NCBI GenBank assembly: GCA_964629675.1
Contig: CAZVUG010000016.1
Location: 43 to 64,042, forward strand
Length of the DNA stretch: 64,000 nucleotides
Reading direction: 5' to 3'
Source: an uncultured Candidatus Saccharibacteria bacterium
GTDB lineage: Bacteria > Patescibacteriota > Minisyncoccia > Portnoybacterales > UBA2143
The notes under the pieces are model-generated. The model worked only from the letters and a program-made list of their open reading frames with translations, was not told where the DNA came from and searched no databases. Shown one piece after another: positions 44,235-52,827 of this stretch (positions are counted from its first letter, which is position 1; every line of letters begins with the position of its first letter). The translations under genes were made by a program, and so were the position numbers.

Positions 44235-45864
44235 AAATTACTTTTTCCCCTTCTTTTAATCCTTCTAAAATTTCCACCTCATTTTCTCCTTCTAAGCCAA
44301 TTTTAACTTTTCTTTCCTCGGTTTCATTATTATCCTTTAGAACTAAAACATATTTATAGCTATCCTTATTTTTAATAAGATAATAAGGCAGGCAGAGGAC
44401 GTTTTCTTTTTGATTAGTTTTAATATTTAGATTAACTGTCATGCCTGATTTAATTCGGCTATTTTCGCTGTCAAAAAGAACTTTAATTTGGTAATAAATT
44501 ACTCCGGAAACTATTGTTTCTGACGGATCAATTTTAATAACTTTTCCAGAGAATTCTTCTTCAGGACCTAAAGAATCTAAAGTCATTCCCACCTCATTGC
44601 CTAATTTAACTTTATCAATTTCCGTTTCTGAAACATTAGCTTCAATTTGGAATTTGCCTTCGTTGATTATCGATAGAATAGTCTGGTTAGCTTGAGCCGT
44701 TTCCCCTGTTTCTTTTTCTACGGCAATGACTATCCCATCGCTTGACGATTTTAAGATCGATTTATTTATTTTTTCTTGAATTTCCCAAAACCTTGCCTGG
44801 GATTCCCTTAATTCAGCTTGAGCTAATTCAATATCTACTTGGCGAGGAGCTGATTTTTTTAAAGTCAATTCTTCTTTAGCTTTAGCCAAACTTGATTTAG
44901 CAGCTTCTAAATTAGCTTGAGCGGTATTAATATTACTTTGGTTAGTTAATTTAGTACTGGAAATATCATAAATTTGGTCGTTAATATCATTTAAGGCGCT
45001 ACCAACATTAGTCCGAGCGGTATCAACTGAAGCTTTGTAGGTACTTAAGGTAGAAGCACTAACAGCAATTGCATTATTAAGCAAGCTGGTTAAGTCAATT
45101 AGGAAATTACTGACATATGTTAAATAAGTTTTTGCGTTTTCCAATGATTGGATTAAGCTATCACGGTCATTGTTATTTAGATTATCTATTTCTTCTTTAA
45201 AATCATCTAAATAATTACCAGAAGCTGATCTTTGATTTTTGACGGTAATCTCCAATTTTGAATTACTAGTTTTAAAAGTTAAATCAGGATTACTAGTATT
45301 TTCACTTGAAAAAAGATCGTCAACTTGTTTACTCAAAGCATCATCCATTTCTCGATAAGCATCGATTAAAATATATGGAATTTCTTCATATTCGTTATTT
45401 AAATCATTTTGAGCAGTTTCCTGGATATCTTCTAAAATCTGTTCTTTGTTCTTAACATCAGTTTCAGCAATTTCAACAGCTGCTTTATAAACCTCGATTT
45501 CTTCTGGCTGGGTGCCAGCTAAAGTTTTTTCCAATTTAGCCTGAGCTAATTCCAAACTAGCTTGGCTAGCTGCTAATTGAGCATTTAATTCGCCTGTTTC
45601 CAGCTTAATTAATTCTTGCCCGTCATTAACCTTATCTCCTTTTTCAACTAAAACTTCTTTTATTTTGCCTGATTTTTCAAATTCTAAGTCTATTTCTTTA
45701 GCCGGAACGACTGTTCCAATAACGGAGACTAATTGATTAACTTCTCCTTTTTTGACTAAAGTAATTTCATAATCTGAATTTTTGTCGCCAAAAAAACCTT
45801 GATAGGCAAAAAATCCTCCAAAAATGAGTGTGATAAAACTAAAAATAATAATTAAATTTTTCAT
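44224..45864 (-). CDS. HlyD/MacA-family membrane-fusion (periplasmic adaptor) protein, extended coiled coil
   Basis: N-terminal TM segment, biotinyl-lipoyl-like domain (GQELIKLE), a very long alpha-hairpin region and a C-terminal barrel. 546 aa. Confidence 0.8.
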   Translation of the reverse strand: MKNLIIIFSFITLIFGGFFAYQGFFGDKNSDYEITLVKKGEVNQLVSVIGTVVPAKEIDLEFEKSGKIKEVLVEKGDKVNDGQELIKLETGELNAQLAASQASLELAQAKLEKTLAGTQPEEIEVYKAAVEIAETDVKNKEQILEDIQETAQNDLNNEYEEIPYILIDAYREMDDALSKQVDDLFSSENTSNPDLTFKTSNSKLEITVKNQRSASGNYLDDFKEEIDNLNNNDRDSLIQSLENAKTYLTYVSNFLIDLTSLLNNAIAVSASTLSTYKASVDTARTNVGSALNDINDQIYDISSTKLTNQSNINTAQANLEAAKSSLAKAKEELTLKKSAPRQVDIELAQAELRESQARFWEIQEKINKSILKSSSDGIVIAVEKETGETAQANQTILSIINEGKFQIEANVSETEIDKVKLGNEVGMTLDSLGPEEEFSGKVIKIDPSETIVSGVIYYQIKVLFDSENSRIKSGMTVNLNIKTNQKENVLCLPYYLIKNKDSYKYVLVLKDNNETEERKVKIGLEGENEVEILEGLKEGEKVIYAD

Positions 45865-45936
45865 TGTTTTATCATAACATATTAAAAAAAATAGTAAATA
45901 GTAGTAAGAGTTTTAATTATTTGCTAAAATATATTT

Positions 45937-47205
45937 ATGGACCATCTTGATCAAGTTAAAATTCAAGCAAAAGATTTTAGAGAATATCAGAAAATCACTC
46001 CGGAGATATGCGAGAAAAGCATCAAAATATCCCAAAAGCTGAAAGGCAAAAAAATTATTCATATTAACTCTACTCAATTAGGCGGTGGCGTTTCAGAATT
46101 ACTTAAAAACCAATTGCCTCTAGAACGTTCTTTAGGAATTAATTCAAGTTGGTATATTATTAAAGCGCCTGAAAACTTCTTTAAAATAACTAAAAAAATA
46201 CATAATCTTTTACAAGGAGAGCCAGGATTTTTATCAGCTGCCGAAAAATATTTCTATTTAGAATGGCTTTACCAGAAAATAGCTGTTTCTTTCAAGGAGC
46301 TTTTAGCAAAAGAAAAGCCGGATATAGTAGTTATTCACGATCCTCAACCCCTGCCCTTAATAGACTATTTCGGCAAAAAAACTCTTTCAATTCTCCGCTT
46401 GCATATTGATTTATCGCAGCCCAACCAGCATATCTTAGAATTTCTTCAGCCATTAATAGAAAAATACATGATGATTATTTTAAGTCATCCTAGCTATCGG
46501 CCCGATTGGCTTAATAAGGAAAAATCAAAAATTATTATGCCGGCAATTGATCCTTTCACAGAAAAGAATAAAGAAATGAGCCATATTGAAGCAGAAAGAA
46601 TTATTTCTAATTACGGAGTTAAAATTAACCAACCGATCATTTCTCAAGTTTCCCGCTTTGATCCGTGGAAAGATCCCCTAGGTGTTTTAAAAGCATATTA
46701 TTTAGCCAAAAAAGATTTTCCTAAATTACAGCTTATTCTAGCCGGCCTTTCACAAGCTTGCGATGATCCCCAAGCTTTAAAAATATTTAAAGAAGTTAAA
46801 AAGCAGTCTGGTCAAGATCCAGATATTCATATTTTTTTCAAACCATCAGATCTTCGGGGAATAACTAATGATTCTTTCATTAACTCAGTTTATACTGTTA
46901 GCTCTGTTGTTATGCAAAAATCTATCAAAGAAGGTTTTGGCCTGACAGTTACTGAAGCAATGTGGAAGAAAAAACCGGTTATTGGCGGCCAGACTAAAGG
47001 GATTAGCCTGCAGATTAAAGATAATCAAAACGGATTTTTGGTTTCCAGTCCTGAAGAAGCAGCTGAAAAATTAATCCAGCTTTTGAAAAATCCTAATTTA
47101 ATAAAAAAGATGGGCCAAGCTGCCCATCAATCAGTTAAAAACAATTTTTTAATTTCTCGCTTTGTCTTAGACAATTTAGAAGCTTACCAATTCCTCACTT
47201 CTTAA
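45937..47205 (+). CDS. GT4 glycosyltransferase, trehalose-synthase (TreT)-like
   Basis: The N-terminus (IIHINSTQLGGGVSELL...W.II......FF.ITKKIHNLLQG) resembles TreT-type enzymes. C-terminal E..GLTVTEAMWKKKPVIGG. Confidence 0.6.
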   Translation: MDHLDQVKIQAKDFREYQKITPEICEKSIKISQKLKGKKIIHINSTQLGGGVSELLKNQLPLERSLGINSSWYIIKAPENFFKITKKIHNLLQGEPGFLSAAEKYFYLEWLYQKIAVSFKELLAKEKPDIVVIHDPQPLPLIDYFGKKTLSILRLHIDLSQPNQHILEFLQPLIEKYMMIILSHPSYRPDWLNKEKSKIIMPAIDPFTEKNKEMSHIEAERIISNYGVKINQPIISQVSRFDPWKDPLGVLKAYYLAKKDFPKLQLILAGLSQACDDPQALKIFKEVKKQSGQDPDIHIFFKPSDLRGITNDSFINSVYTVSSVVMQKSIKEGFGLTVTEAMWKKKPVIGGQTKGISLQIKDNQNGFLVSSPEEAAEKLIQLLKNPNLIKKMGQAAHQSVKNNFLISRFVLDNLEAYQFLTS

Positions 47206-47704
47206 ATTTCTTCAAAATCTGCCAAGCTTCTTTAGCTATCGGGAAAACTGCTTTCCCTTTTTTTATTTTTATTTTCTTTAATAAGGCAAAAGGATGCTCA
47301 TTATTAAAATCGCCTTCAAAGAATGATTTAGCTTTTCTTTGAACTGCTTCTTTCAGTGTTCTTTTTATCTCGTTTTTAATATAGCTAGGACAAAAAATGT
47401 ATAAATCATCTATCTCATCATCATTTAACACTTCTTTAATATTTTTTTCGAATTCCCTTTTGAATTCTTGCCTGATTCTTTCTTTCTTCGGCTCATAAAC
47501 TGATCCCGAGCCATATATTTTACCGCTGCCTTTTGAGGCAAAAAATCCTTCTCGATCAGAATAAGTCGGCCGGGTAAATTTAAAATCTTTAATTTTATTA
47601 ATTTTGCCTTGGTAAGCTAAATAAAAATCAGTTTCAAAACGGCTGGCAACAATTAGCAAGCTTTTCTCTTCTTTAAATTGAGGAAGCTCTTTTGTTATCT
47701 TCAT
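47195..47704 (-). CDS. 'Host attachment protein'-like, eRF1-fold (bacterial aeRF1-related) protein
   Basis: 169 aa. LLIVASRFETDFYL...SDREGFFASKGSG...YEPKKE...EFKREFEKNI...DDLYIFCPSYIKNEIKRTL parallels the host-attachment family layout (VADG.kARif ... DrPGR..d ... F.r.ia..L ... l.l.ApP..LG.lR). Confidence 0.5.
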   Translation of the reverse strand: MKITKELPQFKEEKSLLIVASRFETDFYLAYQGKINKIKDFKFTRPTYSDREGFFASKGSGKIYGSGSVYEPKKERIRQEFKREFEKNIKEVLNDDEIDDLYIFCPSYIKNEIKRTLKEAVQRKAKSFFEGDFNNEHPFALLKKIKIKKGKAVFPIAKEAWQILKKFKK

Positions 47705-47749
47705 ATTTTTATTTTAGCATAAAACATTTTTTAAATCAAAGAAATATCT

Positions 47750-47801
47750 AAAAATAAAAAGGAGCTTGATTAGACATAATTTGCCTTTTGCAAGCTCCTT
47801 T
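47750..47801 (-). terminator. Intrinsic terminator after the 147-aa orphan gene
   Basis: 11-bp stem AAAGGAGCTTG/CAAGCTCCTTT (47758-68 and 47791-801), followed on the minus strand by a T-rich run. Confidence 0.5.
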
Positions 47802-47819
47802 ATTTTTATGGATATAATT

Positions 47820-48263
47820 TTAGGAGGCAATATATATTTCTCCTTCAAGACAACTATCAAGATAATTAACAATTTTATCGCAAAATGAATATAATTTATC
47901 GAGACTCTCCTGAGAAGATTTTCCTCCAATAATTTCGCTGCAAGTTGCTTTATTGTCTTCAATTATTTTTTTTCCTTCTTCAATATTTTCCGGCAAGATA
48001 CGAGAAATAGATTTATAGGCTCGTTCAATTTTAATTGAGCTATACGGATTAGTTGCAGTAGAAAATTTATCTTCTTCTTTCTCCATTATAAATTCAAACC
48101 CGTTAAGAATAGTATCAAAAAAATCTTTTAAATCGAGAATAATTTCTTTTTTCATCGGATTCATCTCTTTCGAAATTCCTGTGCTGATAATATTCTGGGC
48201 TGAAACGCAAAGTAATTGCAAGCTAATAAGCTCAAGACCTCTCTGAGAATTTATATTTTCCAT
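47820..48263 (-). CDS. Hypothetical cytoplasmic protein (147 aa)
   Basis: Start moved to ATG 48263 (MENINSQ...), which is preceded by GGAGGA 7 nt upstream. No recognisable motif. Confidence 0.55.
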   Translation of the reverse strand: MENINSQRGLELISLQLLCVSAQNIISTGISKEMNPMKKEIILDLKDFFDTILNGFEFIMEKEEDKFSTATNPYSSIKIERAYKSISRILPENIEEGKKIIEDNKATCSEIIGGKSSQESLDKLYSFCDKIVNYLDSCLEGEIYIAS

Positions 48264-48430
48264 GACTAATTCCTCCTTTCTTTTCCTAAAATTTATACTA
48301 TATATTTGTAAAGGGACAATAACGAACAATTCAATTTATTTCGTTGATATTACACAAAAGAGAAAAATCTGTCAAATAAATATAAAAGCCGCTTTTTAAA
48401 AAACGGCTTGAAAAATAATTTCTATTTAAA

Positions 48431-48550
48431 CTATGCCTGATCTTTCTTAATTACTTTATCTTTAACCAAAGCTAAAGCAATTAAATAAAACATTGATAAA
48501 ATTATTAAGCCGGCATAAATGCAACCTTCTAAAATGAAAATAACAACCAT
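48431..48550 (-). CDS. Possible small membrane protein (39 aa from the first ATG)
   Basis: Minus-strand reading MVVIFILEGCIYAGLIILSMFYLIALALVKDKVIKKDQA*, followed by hairpin AAGCCG/CGGCTT (48385-48408). The start codon and SD are unclear. Confidence 0.25.
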   Translation of the reverse strand: MVVIFILEGCIYAGLIILSMFYLIALALVKDKVIKKDQA

Positions 48551-48686
48551 TAGCAGCAATAAGATCAAGCCTAAAATGAAAAGTTTGTTTTTCTTTTCTC
48601 TCCTGCCTTTAAGAAGATACCACTATCTTAGCAAAGTAGCAAATTCTGTCAAGTTATTATTTAAAATTAAGCAAAACAAAAAAATT

Positions 48687-49421
48687 TTATTGCAAGATTT
48701 TTTTAAGCATTAAGGCATTTTCTGTTGCGTAACCTTTTTGGTCATTATCAAAATAACAAAAGACTTCTTTCCCCTGATTAGCTAATCTTTTAAGAAAAGC
48801 TGCCCAATCTTTTAATTCTTTCTGCGAATATTTTCCTTGATAAGCTAATTTTTCCGGGCCGTGAAGGCGGATATAAGAAAAATTGGCTGTAATCCATTTA
48901 GGCGAAAGATTATTTTCTAAATCATAAATACAAAAAGCTGCCTGATGTTTTTTTAAAATTTCTTTTATCTCTTCTTCAAACCAGCTTTGATTTCTGAATT
49001 CAAAAGCATAGCGGTAACTCTTCGGCAGAGCTTTTAAAAAATTATCCAGTCTTTCTGCATTGACATTCCATCTAGGCGGAAGCTGAAAAAGAATAGGCCC
49101 CAACTTATCTTTCAACAAGCTGACTCGATCAATGAATTTCTCCAAAGATTGCTGGGAATCTTTTAATTTTTTCATGTGGGTAAGATAACGACTTGCTTTA
49201 ACAGCAAAGAGGAAATCAGCCGGAACTGTTTTTTGCCAATTGATAAATGTTTTTGCGGCTGGCAATTGATAAAAAGAATTATTTATTTCTGTTGTTGAAA
49301 AATTTCTAGAATAATAATTTAAGAAATCTCTGCTTTTCATTTCTGGCGGATAAAAACTGCCCAGCCAATGCTGATAATACCAGCCGGAAGTTCCAATATG
49401 AATTTTTTTATCTTTAGACAT
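48687..49421 (-). CDS. DUF72 (UPF0759) family protein
   Basis: IHIGTSGWYYQHW...FYP and EFRNQSW motifs. Start set at ATG 49421, because the longer track ORF runs through the upstream terminator hairpin. Confidence 0.8.
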   Translation of the reverse strand: MSKDKKIHIGTSGWYYQHWLGSFYPPEMKSRDFLNYYSRNFSTTEINNSFYQLPAAKTFINWQKTVPADFLFAVKASRYLTHMKKLKDSQQSLEKFIDRVSLLKDKLGPILFQLPPRWNVNAERLDNFLKALPKSYRYAFEFRNQSWFEEEIKEILKKHQAAFCIYDLENNLSPKWITANFSYIRLHGPEKLAYQGKYSQKELKDWAAFLKRLANQGKEVFCYFDNDQKGYATENALMLKKILQ

Positions 49422-49472
49422 TTGTTTAAATTCTAAAACATTTCTTGGCAAAAATGAAGGCAAAGACAAATC

Positions 49473-49497
49473 AAAAACCCCCATTGAGGGGGTTTTT
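49473..49497 (-). terminator. Intrinsic (bidirectional-looking) terminator after the RRM gene
   Basis: AAAAACCCCC-ATTGA-GGGGGTTTTT: a perfect 10-bp stem with A and T runs on both sides. Confidence 0.8.
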
Positions 49498-49520
49498 GCT
49501 CTTACTTACTTTTCTGTTTA

Positions 49521-49823
49521 TTAATGATTGTATCTGCTTCCGCCATCTCTGTTGAAATTGTTTCTTGGACGATCTTCCAAGGGGCGGGCTTCATTAACAG
49601 TTATTTTACGCCCTTCGAAATCTTGGCCATTTAAGGCTTCGATTGCTTTTTGGGCTTCTTTTTCGCTGCTCATTTCTACAAAACCAAAACCTTTTGAGCG
49701 ACCAGACATTTTATCTGTGATAATAACGGCTGACTCAACGGTTCCCTGTTGGGAAAAAAGATCTTTTAAAGAATCTTCTGTGGTTTCATAAGGCAACCCA
49801 CCTACGTATAACTTTTTTGACAT
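49521..49823 (-). CDS. RRM-type RNA-binding protein
   Basis: RNP-2 LYVGGL and RNP-1 KGFGFVEM, with a short C-terminal tail rich in R, N, D and G. Confidence 0.9.
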   Translation of the reverse strand: MSKKLYVGGLPYETTEDSLKDLFSQQGTVESAVIITDKMSGRSKGFGFVEMSSEKEAQKAIEALNGQDFEGRKITVNEARPLEDRPRNNFNRDGGSRYNH

Positions 49824-49824
49824 A

Positions 49825-49911
49825 TTTTTCCTTACATAATTTATTTGATAAGGAGTAAGCCGACCTTCTTATTCAATATTTTAACCTAACACTAATTTAT
49901 GTAAGGAAAAA
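49825..49911 (-). promoter_or_regulatory. Structured 5' UTR of the RRM gene: 15-bp perfect inverted repeat enclosing the SD
   Basis: Plus-strand TTTTTCCTTACATAA (49825-39) and TTATGTAAGGAAAAA (49897-911). In the mRNA the 3' arm is UUAUGUAAGGAAAAA and ends 1 nt before the AUG. Confidence 0.6.
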
Positions 49912-49969
49912 CGAATAAGTTACTTACTATTAATATAGAATATACCTTATTATAGAAATAAAGTCAATC

Positions 49970-50920
49970 CTAATTCTCTTTATTGAGCATATTTTGTACT
50001 CTTGTCCTTATTTTCTCTTCAATCTTTTCTTTTTGCTGAATAATTTCTGCCTGAATTTGAGGAACTTCCTCTAATTTATTTTTTAAATTATTTAAGATTT
50101 TTACATGCCCTTCTTCTTCTCCGGATATTTTTTCAGTATAATCTTTAAATTCTTCTAATTTTTCTGCTGTCATCCCTTCAATTCTTACTTGTAAGCGAGA
50201 CACTGAATTTTCTTTAACTTCTTCAATAATTTCCTTTATCTTTTCCGGAACTTTTTCTTGCAAGTTTTCTAAAAATTCTACATTTTTAAATTCTTTAAAC
50301 TGGCTTCCTTCTATTTTCTGAATATTTTCTTCCAAAGCTTCTTTGATTTTTTCCGGATCTTCTTCCAGCTTTGTCATTACTTCGCTAAATCTTTCTAAAT
50401 GCCTTTCTCTAGCCTCTTTAATTTTTGCAAAAGCTTCTTCTGGAACTTGCTCTTCTAATTTCTGTAATATTCTTTGATGAAGCGCTTGATGCTGGATAAG
50501 CTTATCCAGAAAAGTATCTATTTGTCCATCTTCTCCTAGCTTTTCTTTAGCTTTTTCTGCTGCTTCTTTTAATTTCGCCAGTTCATCCTGATAACCCTCA
50601 GCTGCCTTTTGAATATCTTCAGTGCTTTTTCCTTCTTTATTCATCTTCCTTAACTCTATTAATCTCTGATTGGTAAATCTTTCTTTTAATTCAAGCTTTT
50701 TCATTGGATCAAAAGTAAAAAAGCTTTGGATGCTGCGCTGCATATTTTTAAAAAAATAAAAAGGGCTGTCCGGCAAAAGATTCGGTTCTGTTATGTCTAA
50801 ATCTTCAGGCAGGACATCTTCGTCTAGTAGCGCTTCCGCTGTCCCGTTTTCCTGAGCCAGTACAACTGCTCCAGAAAATAATAGGAGGAAAGCTAAAATA
50901 AAAATTGATGTTTTTTGCAT
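49970..50920 (-). CDS. Secreted coiled-coil protein (DUF5667-like)
   Basis: Signal peptide (ILAFLLLFSGAVVLAQE), LPDSPFYFFKN motif, then a long Glu/Lys-rich helical region. Confidence 0.45.
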   Translation of the reverse strand: MQKTSIFILAFLLLFSGAVVLAQENGTAEALLDEDVLPEDLDITEPNLLPDSPFYFFKNMQRSIQSFFTFDPMKKLELKERFTNQRLIELRKMNKEGKSTEDIQKAAEGYQDELAKLKEAAEKAKEKLGEDGQIDTFLDKLIQHQALHQRILQKLEEQVPEEAFAKIKEARERHLERFSEVMTKLEEDPEKIKEALEENIQKIEGSQFKEFKNVEFLENLQEKVPEKIKEIIEEVKENSVSRLQVRIEGMTAEKLEEFKDYTEKISGEEEGHVKILNNLKNKLEEVPQIQAEIIQQKEKIEEKIRTRVQNMLNKEN

Positions 50921-50990
50921 ATTTTTATCCTTTCTTTACTATTTTTATTATTATAACAAATTTATTCTAAAAAAGACAGTTAGAACAATC

Positions 50991-52076
50991 TTAATAGAAA
51001 GCTGTTCTCAATTCCGGCTTCTCTTTAACTTCAACTACTTCAAATTTTGAACTGCCTAAAACTTGCCCTCTTTCTGTCATGACTTCCACTTTCCATTTGC
51101 CGGGAGAAAAATTACTTTTAAAGCTGTAACCGCGGTAACCGCCATCACGACCACCGGCCATCTGGTATTTTAAGGTATTCCTTATTTCCCATTCTCCAGT
51201 CTCTTGGTTGAAATAAGACCAGCGATGGACAATAGTTGTTTTAATTTCTGTCGGTGCAAAAACAGAGCTATAGCTGTAAATTGGCGTTCCCGGAACCCAG
51301 TGAAAAACAGGATTAAAATCTTTAAAAAATAGATACCAAGGAGCTGGTTCATAAAGAACTTGATATTTATTTCCAGCAACTCTTTGCACCTGATGGTAAA
51401 TACCGCTTTCTTGAAGAGCTAAAGGAATTGGCGGCAGGATATTAGTAAAATAAAGAACGTTAAACACAAGATAGATAGATCCAATGCTGGAAAAAAGAGA
51501 AATTCGATTCGGCTTTAATCTTTCCGGGATAAAACGGAAAAGAGCCCAGGAAAAAAGAGAAATTAAAAGCAAAGAGATAATCCCGCTAATAATAAAGATT
51601 GAATCGCCCATCTTATTTAAAAGGACTGGCAAAGCAAAAATAGAATAAGAAAAAACAGAAATAAAGAAGATGCTCATCTGAAAAATTAAACGAGAATAAC
51701 GCTGGCGGAAAACTTCATTGCCTATCAATAACCCGGCTAAGGCAAGGAGAAAAGGCCAGCTGGTTAAAAGAGAGGCGCTTTTGAAATAAAAGATAACGAA
51801 AGCGCTAAAAAGCCCACCAAAAGCAAATTGCAGGACAAAAGGCATGATAATAACAACTTTTTCAAAAAATCGTCCTCTGATCTTTTCATAAACATTTATT
51901 AATAAGATAGCTATGGCAGCTATTATTAAATAAGTAATAATAACTATATTATCATAAAGCAGATCAATCCGGCTTAAAGTAAGATTATCCCAAACAAAAC
52001 CAGCTAAAAGAGCTGCTGGAGATATGTAGCGCTCATATTTTTCGTAAAATTCCCTTAGTTTTTCTGTTTTCATCAT
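50991..52076 (-). CDS. Polytopic membrane protein with C-terminal beta-sandwich (DUF2914-like)
   Basis: About 8 TM segments, then a soluble C-terminal domain ending GKWKVEVMTERGQVLGSSKFEV. Confidence 0.4.
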   Translation of the reverse strand: MMKTEKLREFYEKYERYISPAALLAGFVWDNLTLSRIDLLYDNIVIITYLIIAAIAILLINVYEKIRGRFFEKVVIIMPFVLQFAFGGLFSAFVIFYFKSASLLTSWPFLLALAGLLIGNEVFRQRYSRLIFQMSIFFISVFSYSIFALPVLLNKMGDSIFIISGIISLLLISLFSWALFRFIPERLKPNRISLFSSIGSIYLVFNVLYFTNILPPIPLALQESGIYHQVQRVAGNKYQVLYEPAPWYLFFKDFNPVFHWVPGTPIYSYSSVFAPTEIKTTIVHRWSYFNQETGEWEIRNTLKYQMAGGRDGGYRGYSFKSNFSPGKWKVEVMTERGQVLGSSKFEVVEVKEKPELRTAFY

Positions 52077-52085
52077 TAATTCAAA

Positions 52086-52113
52086 AAACGGTCAAGATTA
52101 TCCTCAACCGTTT
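52086..52113 (-). terminator. Intrinsic terminator
   Basis: AAACGGT/ACCGTTT stem. On the minus strand it is followed by a T-rich run ending in GAA. Confidence 0.45.
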
Positions 52114-52176
52114 AATCAAACATTATCTTTGCAACAAAAATATCATTTATGATTAATTTGTCAATAATGCTTTCCT

Positions 52177-52824
52177 TTATTTTTCTAAAATAAAACATCC
52201 TTCGCTGTCTTTTTTTAAGTTCTTAAAAAAATCTTCCGACTTCATGACAAAGCCAAAATTTTCTTCAGTTTCTAGAAGAGTTGTCTTATAAAAATCAGGC
52301 TCTAAGGAAGCAGTTGCGTCAGATAGAAGAATTACGTCCCAACCCCTATTGAAAGCATCTCTTAATGAAGACTCCACACAGATAGCTGTATCTACGCCAG
52401 TAAAAATTAAAGTATCGGCCTTTAAAGATCTTAGCCAGATTTCTAATTCAGTATGCTGGAAAATAGAGTCTCTTCTTTTGTTAATAACTAAATCATGGCT
52501 GTCCGGAGTCAATTCATCAACCATTTTTGCATCTTGACTTCCTCGGGTACAAAGCGGTATTTTTTTAATTCTTTCCCGGCGTTTTTGCGGCAATATCTGA
52601 TGTTCTTTCTCTAATAAATCAACTCCTGATTCTTCGCGGATTGCCTGGGAAAATATTATTGGTATTTCCATTGACTTTGCTTTTTGGTAAGTTGATTTAA
52701 GCACTGGCGTTATTTTCTGATAAAGAGAAACATCATAACCGAGCTTAGCAAAAGAACCGTTTGTTGAAACAAAACAATTCTGAAAATCAATAATTAACAA
52801 AGCCGGCCTAATTTTATAGCCCAT
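52177..52824 (-). CDS. Isochorismatase-family cysteine hydrolase
   Basis: ALLIIDFQNCF, catalytic Cys in TGVDTAICVESSLRDA, and a conserved Lys region. Confidence 0.8.
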   Translation of the reverse strand: MGYKIRPALLIIDFQNCFVSTNGSFAKLGYDVSLYQKITPVLKSTYQKAKSMEIPIIFSQAIREESGVDLLEKEHQILPQKRRERIKKIPLCTRGSQDAKMVDELTPDSHDLVINKRRDSIFQHTELEIWLRSLKADTLIFTGVDTAICVESSLRDAFNRGWDVILLSDATASLEPDFYKTTLLETEENFGFVMKSEDFFKNLKKDSEGCFILEK

Positions 52825-52827
52825 AGA

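Noticed and set aside
47714-47962. 82-aa minus-strand ORF overlapping the 3' end of the 147-aa gene
   Set aside because: It is in a different frame from a better-supported gene. It runs through that gene's terminator hairpin and has no SD.
48519-48713. 64-aa plus-strand ORF
   Set aside because: It is Lys-rich and low-complexity, has no SD, and overlaps the DUF72 stop region. The opposite strand has a more protein-like hydrophobic reading, though even that lacks a clear start.
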